Below are positions 10,642 to 24,100 of a DNA stretch of 64,000 nt, piece by piece. This stretch comes from Dictyostelium discoideum (lineage: Eukaryota). Under the pieces are notes generated by a model. The model was given only the letters and a program-made list of their open reading frames with translations. It did not search any database and had not been told where the DNA came from. A program made the translations under genes and the position numbers. Positions within the stretch are counted from its first letter, which is position 1. Each line of letters begins with the position of its first letter. The stretch covers positions 512,001-576,000 of the forward strand of contig CM000150.2 of the NCBI GenBank assembly GCA_000004695.1, in the 5' to 3' direction.

Positions 10642-11163
10642 TTAACCAAATTGGGATGTTTCAAACAAAAAATAAAAAAATAGAATATTAGAAAAGAAAT
10701 TTGAATTTCAATGCCCATCTTTAATCATGGTTTTATTAATTAAAAAAAAAAAAAAAAAAAAAATTAAAGAATAAAAAAAAAAAAAATAATAAAATAAAAT
10801 TAGAAATCAAATAAATTAATAAAAAAATAATAAAATAAAATTTTAAAATAATAATAATAATAATTATATCATATTCATTTTGTATTTTTTATTTTTTTAT
10901 TTATTTTTATTTTTTTTTATTTTTTATTTTTTTTTTTTAAAAATATTAAAATACTAATACGAGAATTATTTGAAAAAAAAAAAAAAAAACACTTTCGTTA
11001 AAATTTTAAAAAAAAATCAAAAGATATTTTGAAAAACGGGTGGAAAAAAAAAAAAAAATCGAAAATTTTTTTTTTTTTTTTTTTTTTTATAAACACTAGT
11101 GTTTTTTTTTAATTATCAAACCATAACACTATTATCTAATAAAAATAATAATAATATAATAAA

Positions 11164-11493
11164 ATGAATAAGATTTCATTTGAAATGGTTGATTTAAGAG
11201 AATCATACGACTATGAATTATTGAAAAGGTTTTATAATGAATTAATGATTCCAAATTTTCCAGATGAAAATGAATTAGAACCTTTAGAAAGTTGGGTTGA
11301 AATGTTTGGAAATTTAAATGAAAATAATAATAATAATAATAATAACAATTTAAACTTTTTTAACAATGACAATAACCAAGAAACTATTAATATAAATTTT
11401 GAAAATAATTTATTTTTTGGATCAAATGGTGCTGATGGTGCTGATATAATTGAATATCAAGAAGAAGAAGAACAACAACAACAACAAAAACAA

Positions 11494-11526
<33 letters not shown>

Positions 11527-13381
11527 CTCGATAAAAAAAATAATGAAGATGATGAAGAAAATATTGAATTTCATATAGTTTTATCAATTTGTTCAGAAAA
11601 AGATAGAATTGAAGGACAATCTAATATATTGGGTGGTATTGTATTTGAATATTATCCATCAATAAATTGTGGTTGTATAACTTATATATTGGTTAATGAT
11701 AATTATCGTGGACTTGGGATAGCGAGTAAATTATTAAAAGAATCAAATAATAGATTCAACGATATCGCTAATCGATTTGGACATCTTTCTGGATGTAATG
11801 CAATATTCTTAGAGACAAATTCCGCAGAGAGGGTCAAACCAGAGAATGACGTAATGGATCCATCTAAACGTCATTCAATATTCCATAAAATGGGTATCAG
11901 GTTACTAGATTTCGATTACATTCAACCACCATTATCAAATGATAGTAATAAATGTAAAGATTTATTATTACTATGTTTATTAACTCAAAATATACCAAAA
12001 CAACAAAAATTGAAAATAAATAATAATAATAATAATAATAATAATTCAATTGATAGATATTATTATTTACCAAGTTTATTATTGGAGAGTTTTATTAAAG
12101 TGTTTTGGAAATCATGTTATTCTAGAATCACCCCTAAAATCAATTGGAAAAAAGATGTTGATTATCAAAGAATGGTAGATCAATTAAAGAGAAGAGAAAT
12201 AATACCGTTATTAGATTTACCTTGGAATAGACCTTGGACATTGGTTGACTTAAGAGATAGTTTCAATTCAAATAGATCATTAATCACTAAATTTTATAAT
12301 CAAATTTTAGTACCAAATTTTAAAGGTCATCATGAATTAGAATCACTTGAATCTTGGTTTAAAATGTTACCATTAATAGATAATAATAGCAATACCAATA
12401 ATAGCAATTCTAATGCTAATAATTATAATAATGATTTCTTTCATTTATTAGTTGCATTAAGATATCTAAATGATGATATTGATCATAATCAAGAACCAAT
12501 CATTTGTGGTGGTATTGCATTTGAATATCATCCAAAATCAAATTGTGCATTAATTACTTACTTTTTAATTGGTGGTGGTGAAAATAATCGTTCTGAAATG
12601 ATGGCAAAAGCATTACTTCAAAGATCACTTGAAATCATTGAACAAAATGCAATCGATTGTGGTAATTTAGCTGGTTGTAATGCAATATTTATTGAAAATA
12701 ATAAAAATAATCATAATAATCAAAATAATCAAAATAATAATAATAATACAAAAGAATATTTAAATCAAGATGAAATCATTGAAATATCATATAATTCAGA
12801 ATTTTTAGAGAAATTAGGTTTTATGAAATTAGATTTTAATTATGTTCAACCACCATTATCATTTGAAAAAAGTTCAAGTAATTCTTTAAATTTATTAGTT
12901 TTATTAACTTCGAGAATACCACAAACTATTGATTTAAATTTAATTGAAAATGAAAATGAAAATAATAATATTAATATTAATAATAATAATTATTTACCAA
13001 ATTCATTAATTATTAAATTTATTCAAACATTTTGGGAAAATACAATTAAAAGAAATGAAATTATAAATTTAAATTTATATGAAAATGATTTAAATTTTAA
13101 TATTATGATGGATAGTTTAAAAAGGAAATCTAAAATCCAATTATTAAAATCATCATTAAATTCAAGTTGGGATAATAATTTCACATTAATTGATTTAGCA
13201 GTTGATTTCCATCAAGATTTATTCGACCAATTTTATAATTCATTACCATTTAATAATGAAAATCAAAATCAAAATAATAATAATTATTTAAATATTGAAC
13301 CTAAATCAATATTACAAAAATCCTTATTAAAGAAATCAAATTTTCAAGAAGATATTCATATTTTATTATTAGTTTCATATG

Positions 13382-13450
<69 letters not shown>

Positions 13451-14205
13451 TTTGCCCAACTATATATGGTTCAATTATTTTCTCATATTTTCCAATAAGT
13501 AATTGTGGTTTAATTTCAAATATTTTCATTAAAAGACCACCACCAAGTGAAAATATTAATAATAATAATGAGCATTTTACAAGTTTATATGGTTATTCAA
13601 TTAAAAATAAAAATTATGATATTGGTATTGAATTATTAAATGATTCTATTGGTATTATAAATAGAATATCAACTTCAAAAACTCATATATCCGGTCCGAA
13701 TGCTATATTTTTAGAATGTTCAACAATTACAAATAACTATAGTAGTAGTAATAATAGTAATAATAGTAATAATGATGATAATAGTATAGTTAATAATATA
13801 AAGAAATTTAATGAAAATGAAAATGAAGGTAATTTCATTCAAATTCCATTTAGTAATGAAATTAAAAATCAAGGTTGGTTAATATTAGATTTAAAATATT
13901 ATCAACCACCTAGAAACTCATTAAAATATATTCAAAGTAATGAAAATTTGGAAATATTAGAACAACCACCTTCATTATTATGCGTTTTAAATTGTTTACA
14001 ATTTCCTCACGATATTTCATTACCATCACCATCATTATATATCCCAAAAGATTTATTTAAAAAATTCTTAGCTTCATATTGGACTTCAATTTTCTCAAGA
14101 AATCAAATTTCAATTCAACAATATTCAACAAATAAAAAAAATAATACAAATATTAAATTAAATCAACAATTTAATGAAAAAGATAAAATTTTATTATTAA
14201 ATTAA
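11164..14205 (+). CDS. 1013-aa protein built from three tandem roughly 300-aa GNAT-like (acyl-CoA N-acyltransferase-like) modules. Only module 1 retains a recognisable acetyl-CoA motif (R-x-x-G-x-A).
   Basis: Internal repeats start near aa 1, 360 and 690. Each has an N-terminal 'DLR(D/E)S..(F/L)Y', a Cys-containing core 'C(G/A)xITY', 'GCNAIF(L/I)E' (degraded to 'GPNAIFLE' in module 3) and 'YxQPP'. Module 1 reads YRGLGIASKLL. Single ORF with ATG at 11164. Confidence 0.65.
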
Positions 14206-14530
14206 TAAAATAAAATAAAGAATAAAGAATAAAATAAAATAAATAATAAATAATAATTCACGGGAAAAAATTAAATTAAATTATTCTATAAATTAATGAA
14301 ATTAGGCAATTTTATTATTATTAAATTAATAAAAAAAAAAATAGAGAATAAAGTAAAACAAAGAATAATTATAGAGAAAAATAAATTGATATTAATATTT
14401 ATTTTATTATAAATTAATAAAATAGGGTAATTTTTTTTATTTTTTAATGATTAAAATATGACAAAAACTGTTAAAAAATAAGAAATTACCAATTTTATTA
14501 ATTTCTTTTTTTCTGCGAATAATAATAATT

Positions 14531-14577
<47 letters not shown>

Positions 14578-14606
14578 AATATAATATATAATATTGTTTA
14601 ATTATT

Positions 14607-15617
14607 TTATTTTATTAATTTATCAAATTGTGATGATAATAATTGATAAGTATTTGGACCAGATTTATAATTTGAATCACCTTTAATTTTTGATAATAAT
14701 AATTTTGAATCAGTGTCTGAAATATAAGGGAATGCAATCATGTATGTTTCAGTATCAGGTTTAATATGTGATAAGTAAATTGAATCTAATGTATCTTTAA
14801 TTAATTTTGATTTATTAATATTTTTACCATTACAATTATAATAAATTTCTAATATTTTATTATAATGATTAATATTTAATATAACTTGATTATTTTCGTC
14901 ATTAAATTTCAATAAATTTAAATAGGAATCAACAATTTCAATTATTAAATTTTCAATTCTACTTTCTTGCTCTCTTGTCATTGAAATTGTATTATCATTT
15001 TGAATTTTATTTTGAACCTTAATAATTGAATCGAAAAATAAACTAAATTGATTATTTGTAATTTTTAAATTATTATTATCACTAAATAAAATTGAAAATA
15101 ATTTATCAAATTTTCTATATGATTTTGAATTAAATTCTAATATGAAATCTAATGTTACTTCATTATCACTATCATTATTATTATTATTATTATTATCTAA
15201 TTCTTCAATATATTTAGTAAATATATTATGATATTCATTTTTATTAATATCATTATCATATGAATATCTTGATAATATCATAAAATCATATAACTGTTTT
15301 CCAATTGGTTTGGTTTGATTTAAATAATTTTGAAAATCATCTTTTTTTGGAAATTTTTCAATTATTGATTCAATTGAATATAAATTTCTATTACTATTTT
15401 TTAAATTATCATTTAATATTAATTGTTCAATATCATTTGATTTACCACCACTACTACTACTATAATATCTATTGTTGATATTAAAAATATTATTATTATT
15501 ATTATTTTTATAGTTTCCAATACTACTGTAATTGATGATATTTAAAGTACATAAAAAAGAACAATTTGTTTTTATGGTAGACTTTTTAATTAACTTTTCA
15601 ATTTTTTGGATTTTCAT
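14607..15617 (-). CDS. Hypothetical Asn-rich protein, 336 aa.
   Basis: Clean ORF with a real ATG (minus strand) at 15617 and a stop at 14607-14609. No recognisable motif. Confidence 0.45.
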   Translation of the reverse strand: MKIQKIEKLIKKSTIKTNCSFLCTLNIINYSSIGNYKNNNNNNIFNINNRYYSSSSGGKSNDIEQLILNDNLKNSNRNLYSIESIIEKFPKKDDFQNYLNQTKPIGKQLYDFMILSRYSYDNDINKNEYHNIFTKYIEELDNNNNNNNDSDNEVTLDFILEFNSKSYRKFDKLFSILFSDNNNLKITNNQFSLFFDSIIKVQNKIQNDNTISMTREQESRIENLIIEIVDSYLNLLKFNDENNQVILNINHYNKILEIYYNCNGKNINKSKLIKDTLDSIYLSHIKPDTETYMIAFPYISDTDSKLLLSKIKGDSNYKSGPNTYQLLSSQFDKLIK

Positions 15618-15772
15618 ATGTTTTTGTGTGTGTTTTGCTAAAAGTAAGCTTTTTATGAAAAAAACTATTTCAAAACAAAAAAAAAAAAAAATAAAAGAAA
15701 AATAAAAAAATGAAAAATGTTTAAAAAAAAAAAAAAAAAAATTTAACTTTTATTTTATAAACTTGCTGCAAA

Positions 15773-16397
15773 ATGAATTCTAATAATAATTCCCCCCAAA
15801 GAAAATATGATAATTATAACTATGGTTATCAATATAACCACAATAATAATTACCAATATAATCAAGATAACTACTGGTATAACAATCATTATAATAATAA
15901 TAATCAATATCAATATCAATATCAATATCAATATCAAAACTACAACGATCAACATGGTCAATATTCTCAAGATAATTCATGGTATGATCCAATTCCACCA
16001 AGTCCATTCTTCTTTGAAAATAACCACTATCAAAATGATATCAATTATAATAGAAATCAAATGATTCAAACTTTTAAAGGTTTATTTTTAAATCCAAAAG
16101 GAAATCAACAACCCTTTCCTCCCAATACTATAAACAAAATGTATAACCATAACAATCACCATCACCATCACCATCACCAACAACAACAACAAAACAATCA
16201 ATATGAAGAAAATATTTATAAACAAGACCATGAACACATTGAAAATGAAAATGAAAATGAAAATGAAAATGAAAATGAAAATGAAAATGAAAATGAAAAT
16301 GAAGAAACTTTATTTGAAGAAGAGAACCAAGAATACTGTGAAGAGTATGAAAATGATTATATTGATCATTCTGAAAACTATCATGATTATTATAACC

Positions 16398-16430
<33 letters not shown>

Positions 16431-16777
16431 GTGATGGCGATGGTGATGGTGATGGTTATTATAACAACTACTATGATGAAAATGAAAATGAAAATGAAAA
16501 TGAAAATGAAAATGAAAATGAAAATGAAAATGAAAATGAAAATGAAAATGAAGAATATGATATAATCAAAGAAGATAAAATAATAATTAATGATACAATA
16601 AAAAAGATAATAAAACAAAGCCAATTAAATATTAAACCTCAAAAAAGACAATCTATCATAAATCAAATTAGTGATATTGACTATAATTATAATATTGATC
16701 ATTTCAATGAAGAAACTAATAATAATAATTGTGATAGGGATTATATAAACATTATTGAAAATATTAAAAAAATCTAA
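15773..16777 (+). CDS. Hypothetical low-complexity protein, 334 aa, with (Asn-Glu)n, (Asp-Gly)n and poly-His/poly-Gln runs.
   Basis: ORF from the ATG at 15773. Contains hexanucleotide (gaaaat)n blocks at about 16245-16312 and 16480-16552 that encode (EN)n. Antisense and alternate-frame ORFs in the track are by-products of the repeats. Confidence 0.4.
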
Positions 16778-16937
16778 ATTTGCAAATAATTTTAAAAACA
16801 AATAAAAAAATAAAATCTGCATATATATTAGTAATAATTATTATTATAAAATAATTTTATTACTAGATATTTTTTTTTTTTTTTTTTTTTTTATGACTTA
16901 ATAATAAAATATAAATTATATTAAAATTATATATTCT

Positions 16938-16976
<39 letters not shown>

Positions 16977-17035
16977 TTTTTTTTTTTTTTATGACTTATA
17001 AAATTTACAATTGATTGTGGTCACAATTATTATAT

Positions 17036-17072
<37 letters not shown>

Positions 17073-17187
17073 GTTTGAGGTTTTGTATATGATGATAATG
17101 ATAATGTGTAGAATTTGAATATGATTGAAAGGTTGATTATGATGTGATGTATTATATTATTTATTATTATTATTATTATTATTTAAT

Positions 17188-17451
17188 TTAACCATGTTTT
17201 GATTTTACGACTCCTTTAGCACCTTTAGTACCACTGTGAGAACCTGCTGTCTTTGGATTGAATGCTGGTGCGAATTTTGGAACGAAAGGAATATCCTTCT
17301 TTTCACCACTGGTGTAATATAAGTATAATGCAATTAATCCAACTAAAATTGAAATTGGGTGGAAGATTAATTTAAGTAAGAAGAATGCCAATAAAAATGG
17401 TGTTTTAATTAAAAAAACAATTAATGATCCAATAAATCCGAAAAAGCCCAC
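17188..17451 (-). CDS. Putative small two-TM membrane protein (about 87 aa), possibly the last exon of a gene. It has no ATG in the open frame.
   Basis: Hydrophobic helices FFGFIGSLIVFLIKTPFLLAFFLL and ISILVGLIALYLYY, followed by a basic tail. The track's start codon is a GTG. The upstream frame stays open through a (TAAA/ATAAA)-type repeat without an ATG. Confidence 0.25.
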   Translation of the reverse strand: MGFFGFIGSLIVFLIKTPFLLAFFLLKLIFHPISILVGLIALYLYYTSGEKKDIPFVPKFAPAFNPKTAGSHSGTKGAKGVVKSKHG

Positions 17452-18162
17452 TTGATATATAAAATAAAATAAAATAAAATAAAATAAATAAATAAATAAA
17501 TAAAATATATATATTAGGATATATTATTTCTTTGATTTCTCCGATTTCTTTTTTTATTTTTTAACAAATATTTGAATTGCATCATCAATCGCAATCGAAA
17601 TTAATGTTGATCATCAAATATTAATTTTAAATTTTTTTTATTTTAATTTTAATTTTAATTTTAATTTTTATAATTTGCAGAAAGGTAATTACTTTTTTTA
17701 TTATTTGATGTATTGTATGTACAATTGCAAAGGGGGTGAAAATTAATAAAAGTAAAAAAAAAAAAAAAATAAAAAAATAAAAAAAATAAAAAAAAAAAAA
17801 TAAAAAAATAAAAAAAAATAAAAAAAACAAAAAAAAAAAAAAAAAAAAAAATTAAAAAAAAAAAAAAATTATTTGAAGGTAGAAATTTTTTTAATTAAAA
17901 TATTTGAACTTCAAAATTTTTATTAATTTATTAATTTATTAGGTCAATTTATTAAATTATAAAAAAAAAAAAAAAGGAAATTAAATTTAATTAAATTTTA
18001 TGATAATGGGAATTGGACAAAAAAAAAAAAAAAAATAAAAAAATAAAAAAAAAATAAAAAAAAAAGTTTTATTTTAATAAAATAAGTAAAATAAATTAGT
18101 TATTGTTGTTTATAATAATAAATTTGTATAATTTTTTTTGAATTGAATTCCAACAATTTATT

Positions 18163-18252
18163 TTATTTTGTTTTTTTATTTTTATTTTTATTTTTATTTT
18201 TATTCTTATTATTACTGTTGCTATTATCATTTTTTAAATTTGAAAGTATATC

Positions 18253-18297
<45 letters not shown>

Positions 18298-18978
18298 TTC
18301 ATTTTTTTTATTATTTTTTGAATCTAATTTTTCAAATTCCAATTCTAAATTATTTATTCTTTCTTTAATATATTTTAATTTCTTATCATTTGAAGTTGAT
18401 TTTGGAGCATTCTTTAAGACTGATTTCTCTTTTCTTAATTGTTGAATTTCATTGATGACATACAAAGTTTTAAATTTATTTACATCCTTTGTTACAGGCA
18501 TAACCAATTCCTTTATTAAATATAATGTGAATAGAGCCAATATGATTGAACCACCCAATGAAATAAACTCACCTAAAAATGTAGGTGATGCATATAAAAC
18601 CACTGTTAATAAAATACAAATGAATATTGTAACAATTTGATTAAATATTGATGGTGTTGGTATCTCAAATCTATCTTGCTCAATTCTATCTAATTTCTCT
18701 TTTTCTTCATTTGATGATTTCTTAATTTTATTTTCTTTTTCTTCATGTTCTTCTTCTTCTTCTTCTTCATCAGATGAAACTTTTTCTTTTTTATTTTTTT
18801 TATCTTTTTTATTTTGTTTTGGTGATTCAATTACTGATGATTTATTATTTTTATTCTTTTTTGTTTTTTTAGTAATTGACGATGATGTAGATTCATTTTC
18901 ATAATCATCTTCATCACCAAGTACTGCAAATATATTGTTATTATTTGTATTATTTGATAATGGCTTTGACTTTGCCAT
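18163..18978 (-). CDS. Hypothetical membrane protein, 271 aa. It has an acidic/Lys-rich N-terminus, two TM helices, and a coiled-coil, Asn-rich C-terminus.
   Basis: Real ATG (minus strand) at 18978 (MAKSKPLS...). TM helices are IFNQIVTIFICILLTVVLYA and FISLGGSIILALFTLYLI. Confidence 0.45.
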
Positions 18979-19129
18979 TTTTTTTTTTTTTAAAAACTTT
19001 ATTGAATTAAAATAAAATAAAATAAAATAAATAAAAAAAATTAAAAAATAAATAAAAAAAAAAAATTAAAAAATAAATAAAAAAAAAATAAAAAAAAAAA
19101 AAAAAATTTTTGGAAGTGCAACACCAGCC

Positions 19130-19170
<41 letters not shown>

Positions 19171-19857
19171 AAAATGGGAATATTAACTAAAAAAACATGG
19201 TGGTGTGTGAATAAGGGAAAATTAAAAAATATATATCAAAGAAACATTAAGTACTTTTTGAAGAAAAAAAATATATATATTTATTTAATAATCAAAACCA
19301 GGGTTAATTGATTAAAGAATATAATTTTAATATTTTTTTTTTTTTTCTTTCAGGGAAAAAAAAAAAAGCCAAAAAAATAAATGGATAATCACCTATAATT
19401 TTAAAATAAACCAAAACAAAACAATAATAATAATAAAAATGTTATTTTCTTTTAATGAAATTCAAATCCAAAATCATTATTGTAAATAAATTACTAAAAA
19501 AAAAAAAATAAATAAAAACAAAAATAAATAAAAAAAGTTTTGAATCACAAAAGCAACGCACCAATCGAAATTCAAATCGAGATATTTTAAAAACAATACA
19601 ATTTTTTTTAAAAAATTTTGATTTTATAAAAAATGACCAATCAGCTGGCAATCAGAAAAAAAAAAAAAAAAAAAAGAAAAAAAAGAAAAAAAAAAAGTTT
19701 CGGCCTACTGAAAAAAGATATTTTTGAAAAAAAAAAAAAGAAAAAAATAAAAAAAATAAAAATAAAAATAAAAAAATTGCTTTTGAACAAAATTTTTCAA
19801 CCGCTAAAATAAAAGAAAGAAAGCTTTGAAACCAATCGTTTGTTTGTGCGTAGTCAA

Positions 19858-19904
<47 letters not shown>

Positions 19905-20156
19905 AACTGTTTTTTCTACTATTCTTTTTCTCTTTTTTTTTGATTTACAACTTTAGAAAATCAGTTTTTTTTAATATTATTTTTTATTTTTTTATTTTTT
20001 TTTTTTTTTGTTTTTTTTTTTTTTTTATTTTATTGTAATAATAGATTGTACCTATACATATATATTTATATATTAAAATATTAATATATATTTACTATTT
20101 ATTTTTTTAAAAAGTAAATGTTTTAGTTAGTGTCAAATAACCATTGAATTTTTTTT

Positions 20157-20192
<36 letters not shown>

Positions 20193-20730
20193 TAGCTTAA
20201 ATACATATACATACATAAACACACCTTGTACATTTTAATAAATCTTTTTTTTTTTTTTTTTTAAATATCTTTAAAATCTCAAGTTAATCACCACAATAAT
20301 TATTTTTTTAAAATTCCAACAAAAAAAAAAAAAAAAAGACGACAAGACTTGCGATTTTTAAAAGTAAAAATAAAAAATAACTAAAAATAAAAAAAAACAT
20401 CTTCATCATCACCCAACCACACACACAAACACACACACAAACACACAAAGCCTAATATCCTCACATTCACAACAAACAAACAAACTTAACTTAACTTAAT
20501 TAATACCAAACAGAATTAGTATTGTTATTTTTATTATTTGGTTTTAAAAGATATAATATTTAAAATCAATTTTTGTTGTTGTTTTTTTTTTAAAAAAAAT
20601 ATATATATAAATATAAAACCACCCATACATATACACATAAACACTTATATATATATATATAACGATAACTGTATCCCACTTTTTGTTATTTATAACAACA
20701 ATAAATAATAATATAAATAATAATAATATA

Positions 20731-20824
<94 letters not shown>

Positions 20825-21107
20825 TAAAAAATATAAAGACAAAAAAGGGGGTTGTGTATATATATAATTTTTTTTTTTTTTTTTCTAAACACATTTTAAT
20901 ATATTTTTTAAATAATTATTTTATTATTTTTTTTTTTTAAAATAAAAAATAATAACCATTTTATTTTTTTAATCAAATATTTTGGTTTACTATTTTTTTT
21001 ATTCAATTTGTTTTTTAAAATTTCACAACAAACCAAGGAAAAAAAAAAAAAAAAACTATATAAGTAAAAAAAAAAAAAAAAAAAGGAAAAAAAAAAAGGA
21101 AAAAAAG

Positions 21108-24100
21108 ATGGCGGAAAGAGTAAAAATTTTAAAACCTGGATTAACAAATAGAAGTAGGTCAGCATCTATTGATATGATAGTTATGGATGAAATTGCAAAA
21201 AATAATCCAATTTATACAAATGATAATAGTAATAATAATAATAATGATGAAACATCATCAAATATTTCAGGATCAAATAGTATTCAAAATTTATCATTAA
21301 ATAATTTAAATAATTTAAGTGGTGGTGGTGGTGGTAGTAATAGTAATAGTGTAAATAATACAATATCAGAAAGAAATCCAGATTCACCAAGATTTAGAAG
21401 TAATACAGGTAATTTACAAACGATGATGATGGTTAGTAATGGTAATATAATTGGATCAATACAATCACCATCACCACCAATATCACCACGTGCACAAATG
21501 ACAGCACCAAATCTTTCAAAATTTTTAGATCAACATACACCACCACCATCACCAAAACCCGAGCATCTAAGTGGTCATTTAAGAATTCAACAACAACATC
21601 ATAGCGGTATATATAGAAATTTAAGTTTTAGTAGTGTAAATTCAAGTACATCATTTGGTGATTTTAAAAGGTCAACAAATTTATTTCAACCACCACAATC
21701 ACAATCTCAACAACAACAACAATTACAATTACAACAACAACAACAACAATCAATGCCAAATTTAAGTTTAGGTAATAATATTAATAGTAATAATAATAAT
21801 AATAATGGTTCAGAAAATAATGATATTTCAATGGAAATTAAAGATAATACAAGTGGTATTGATACAAGTGTTAAAAGTTTTTCACCAAGAAAGAAAAGGA
21901 AGAAAGAGAATAAAATTATTAGAAGAATTAGAAGATGGATGACATGGGTGATTAGTTCAAATATTTGGTTAACAATAATGATAATATCAATTATATTTGT
22001 ATTATTTATTGATGATATTATTGGTGCATCGGGATCACCATCGTCCAATGCGATTGATTATAGTATAATGGCAGTGAAATGCAGCATAATTGGATTCTTT
22101 TCAATTGATATCATATTGAATTTATTTTGTTTTCAACAAGAGTATTTCCCAGGCACAATAGTGTTTTGGCTAGATTTAATTAGTTTAATATCCATAGTCA
22201 CCGATATCCACCATTTTCAAAACTACTATGCAAATTTAGTATTGTCAATAACTGTAAATACAAGAATCATTAGAATATGTGGTTCTTTCATAAGGATATC
22301 ACTGATATCGACATTGTATAATAGATTCCTAAGAAAGCAAACATTACCATCTGAAGGATTAGAAGTTGAAGCAAGTAAATTAGGTGATAAATTAATAAGG
22401 TTGACAACTAATAAAATCGTTTTATTAGCATTGGCCGTCTTATTTGCAACTCAATTATTAGTATATGAATCTGATACACCAACACAATATATTCAATCAA
22501 CAATCTCGTCATTTGAATATTTATCATCAACTTATGGTTTACAATCACCTGAATTCACTGGTGTTTTTAATAATTATCAATTAAATAATGAAAAATTATT
22601 ATTCACACAAATTTCAAATCAAAAAATTTTTAATTTACCTGATAAAATTAATTCACTTCAAGAAAGATCAATTTTAAAATATAATTATTTAAATTCAATA
22701 ATTTGGATTGATAATTCTGTAAGTTTTTTTTTAAAAAAAAATATAATTTAATTTTATAGATTTATTAATTAATTAATTTTTAATTTTTTTTTTTTTTAGT
22801 ATTATATAAAATATTCATGTATTTTACATTTATGTTTAACAGTTTTTGTAATATTAGTTTTAATTACAATTAATTTATTAATTGTAAATGATGCACATTG
22901 GTTAGTAATTAATCCATTAGAGAATGTATTAACAATTGTAAAATTATTATCAAAACAAAATTCAATGATAAAACAAGGTGGTGGTGGTAGTGGTATAGTT
23001 GGTGGATTTTCAAATAATACAATTAATTCAAATTCAAATTTAAATTCAAATTCAAATTTAAATTCAAATTCAAATTCAAATTTAGTTAGGAATAGAGTTG
23101 AATCAATTGGTAATAAATCAGATACTGCTGATACAACTAGTAGTAGTGGTATTGATAATGAGGAACCTGATGAAGCAGACTTTTTATTAGGAATGTTAAA
23201 TGAAATTGATGATTCATTACAAGCTGCAAAAGAAAAAGTTGAAGAAGAGTCAATTCAAAATTCAATACTTAAAAAAGATATTGAAGATCTTTATGTTGAG
23301 AAATATATATTACAAGTTCATCTAAGATCAATTGTTAGAAAAATTAATTTTCATGATCCTATTGGACATTATTTAAAAAATAGACAACTTTTACTAATGC
23401 AATCAAATGCAACTTTTAATACATTGGAACAAGATAGCGAAGATGATATTAGATTTAAATTGAATGATGACGGCTTACCAGACTTAAATGTAATTCAATA
23501 TGCAACCATTGACAAATTAATTGAGAAATTGACAATGGCAGAAGCACATGACTTGAAATTTGCAAATGTATTTTTATTAACCTATCGTAAATTCCTATCA
23601 CCAGTGGAGTTGATGGAGCGTTTGACAATAAGGTTTTGTGTCACACCTACTATGGAATTGCCAGAAAAGTTGTTGGCTTCCAAAGAACAGGTTGAGCAAT
23701 GGAGAAAGACAAAACAGGAGCAAATCCGTACAAGTGTATTCAATACTATTAAACTCTGGATTGGTATTTATAATTGGGATTTCTATGAAAATCCAGACCT
23801 TTATGAATTGTTTAATAACCTAGTTAATAAAATCATGCCATTTTGTAAAATGGAGAAACACGCTACCTACATTGACTCTATACACAAGAGAAAGATGGCT
23901 ACCTATATCCAAGATCCACCTTATATACCAATTGAACCATTAACTCAGGAGGAAATAGCAGAAACAATGGTATTGGAGGATAGGCTATTATTCAATTTCG
24001 ATATATCCGATATTGCAATTCAAATCACTTTAATGGAGTTTGATTTATTTAAAAATATAAAATCAAAAGAATTTTTAAACCTTGCATGGACTCATAAAAC

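Noticed and set aside
16245-16552. Regularly spaced 'gaaaat' and 'gatggt' short repeats that superficially resemble a repeat-spacer array.
   Set aside because: They are perfect hexanucleotide tandem repeats inside an ORF and encode (Glu-Asn)n and (Asp-Gly)n. There are no spacers.
19100-20980. Roughly 2-kb A/T-rich gap upstream of the RasGEF, with a (CA)n/ACAAAC-rich stretch at 20395-20520. Considered as a possible non-coding RNA or tRNA site.
   Set aside because: There are no cloverleaf-compatible GC-rich 70-90-nt segments, here or anywhere else in the window. The CA-rich stretch is most simply a 5'-UTR or promoter element.
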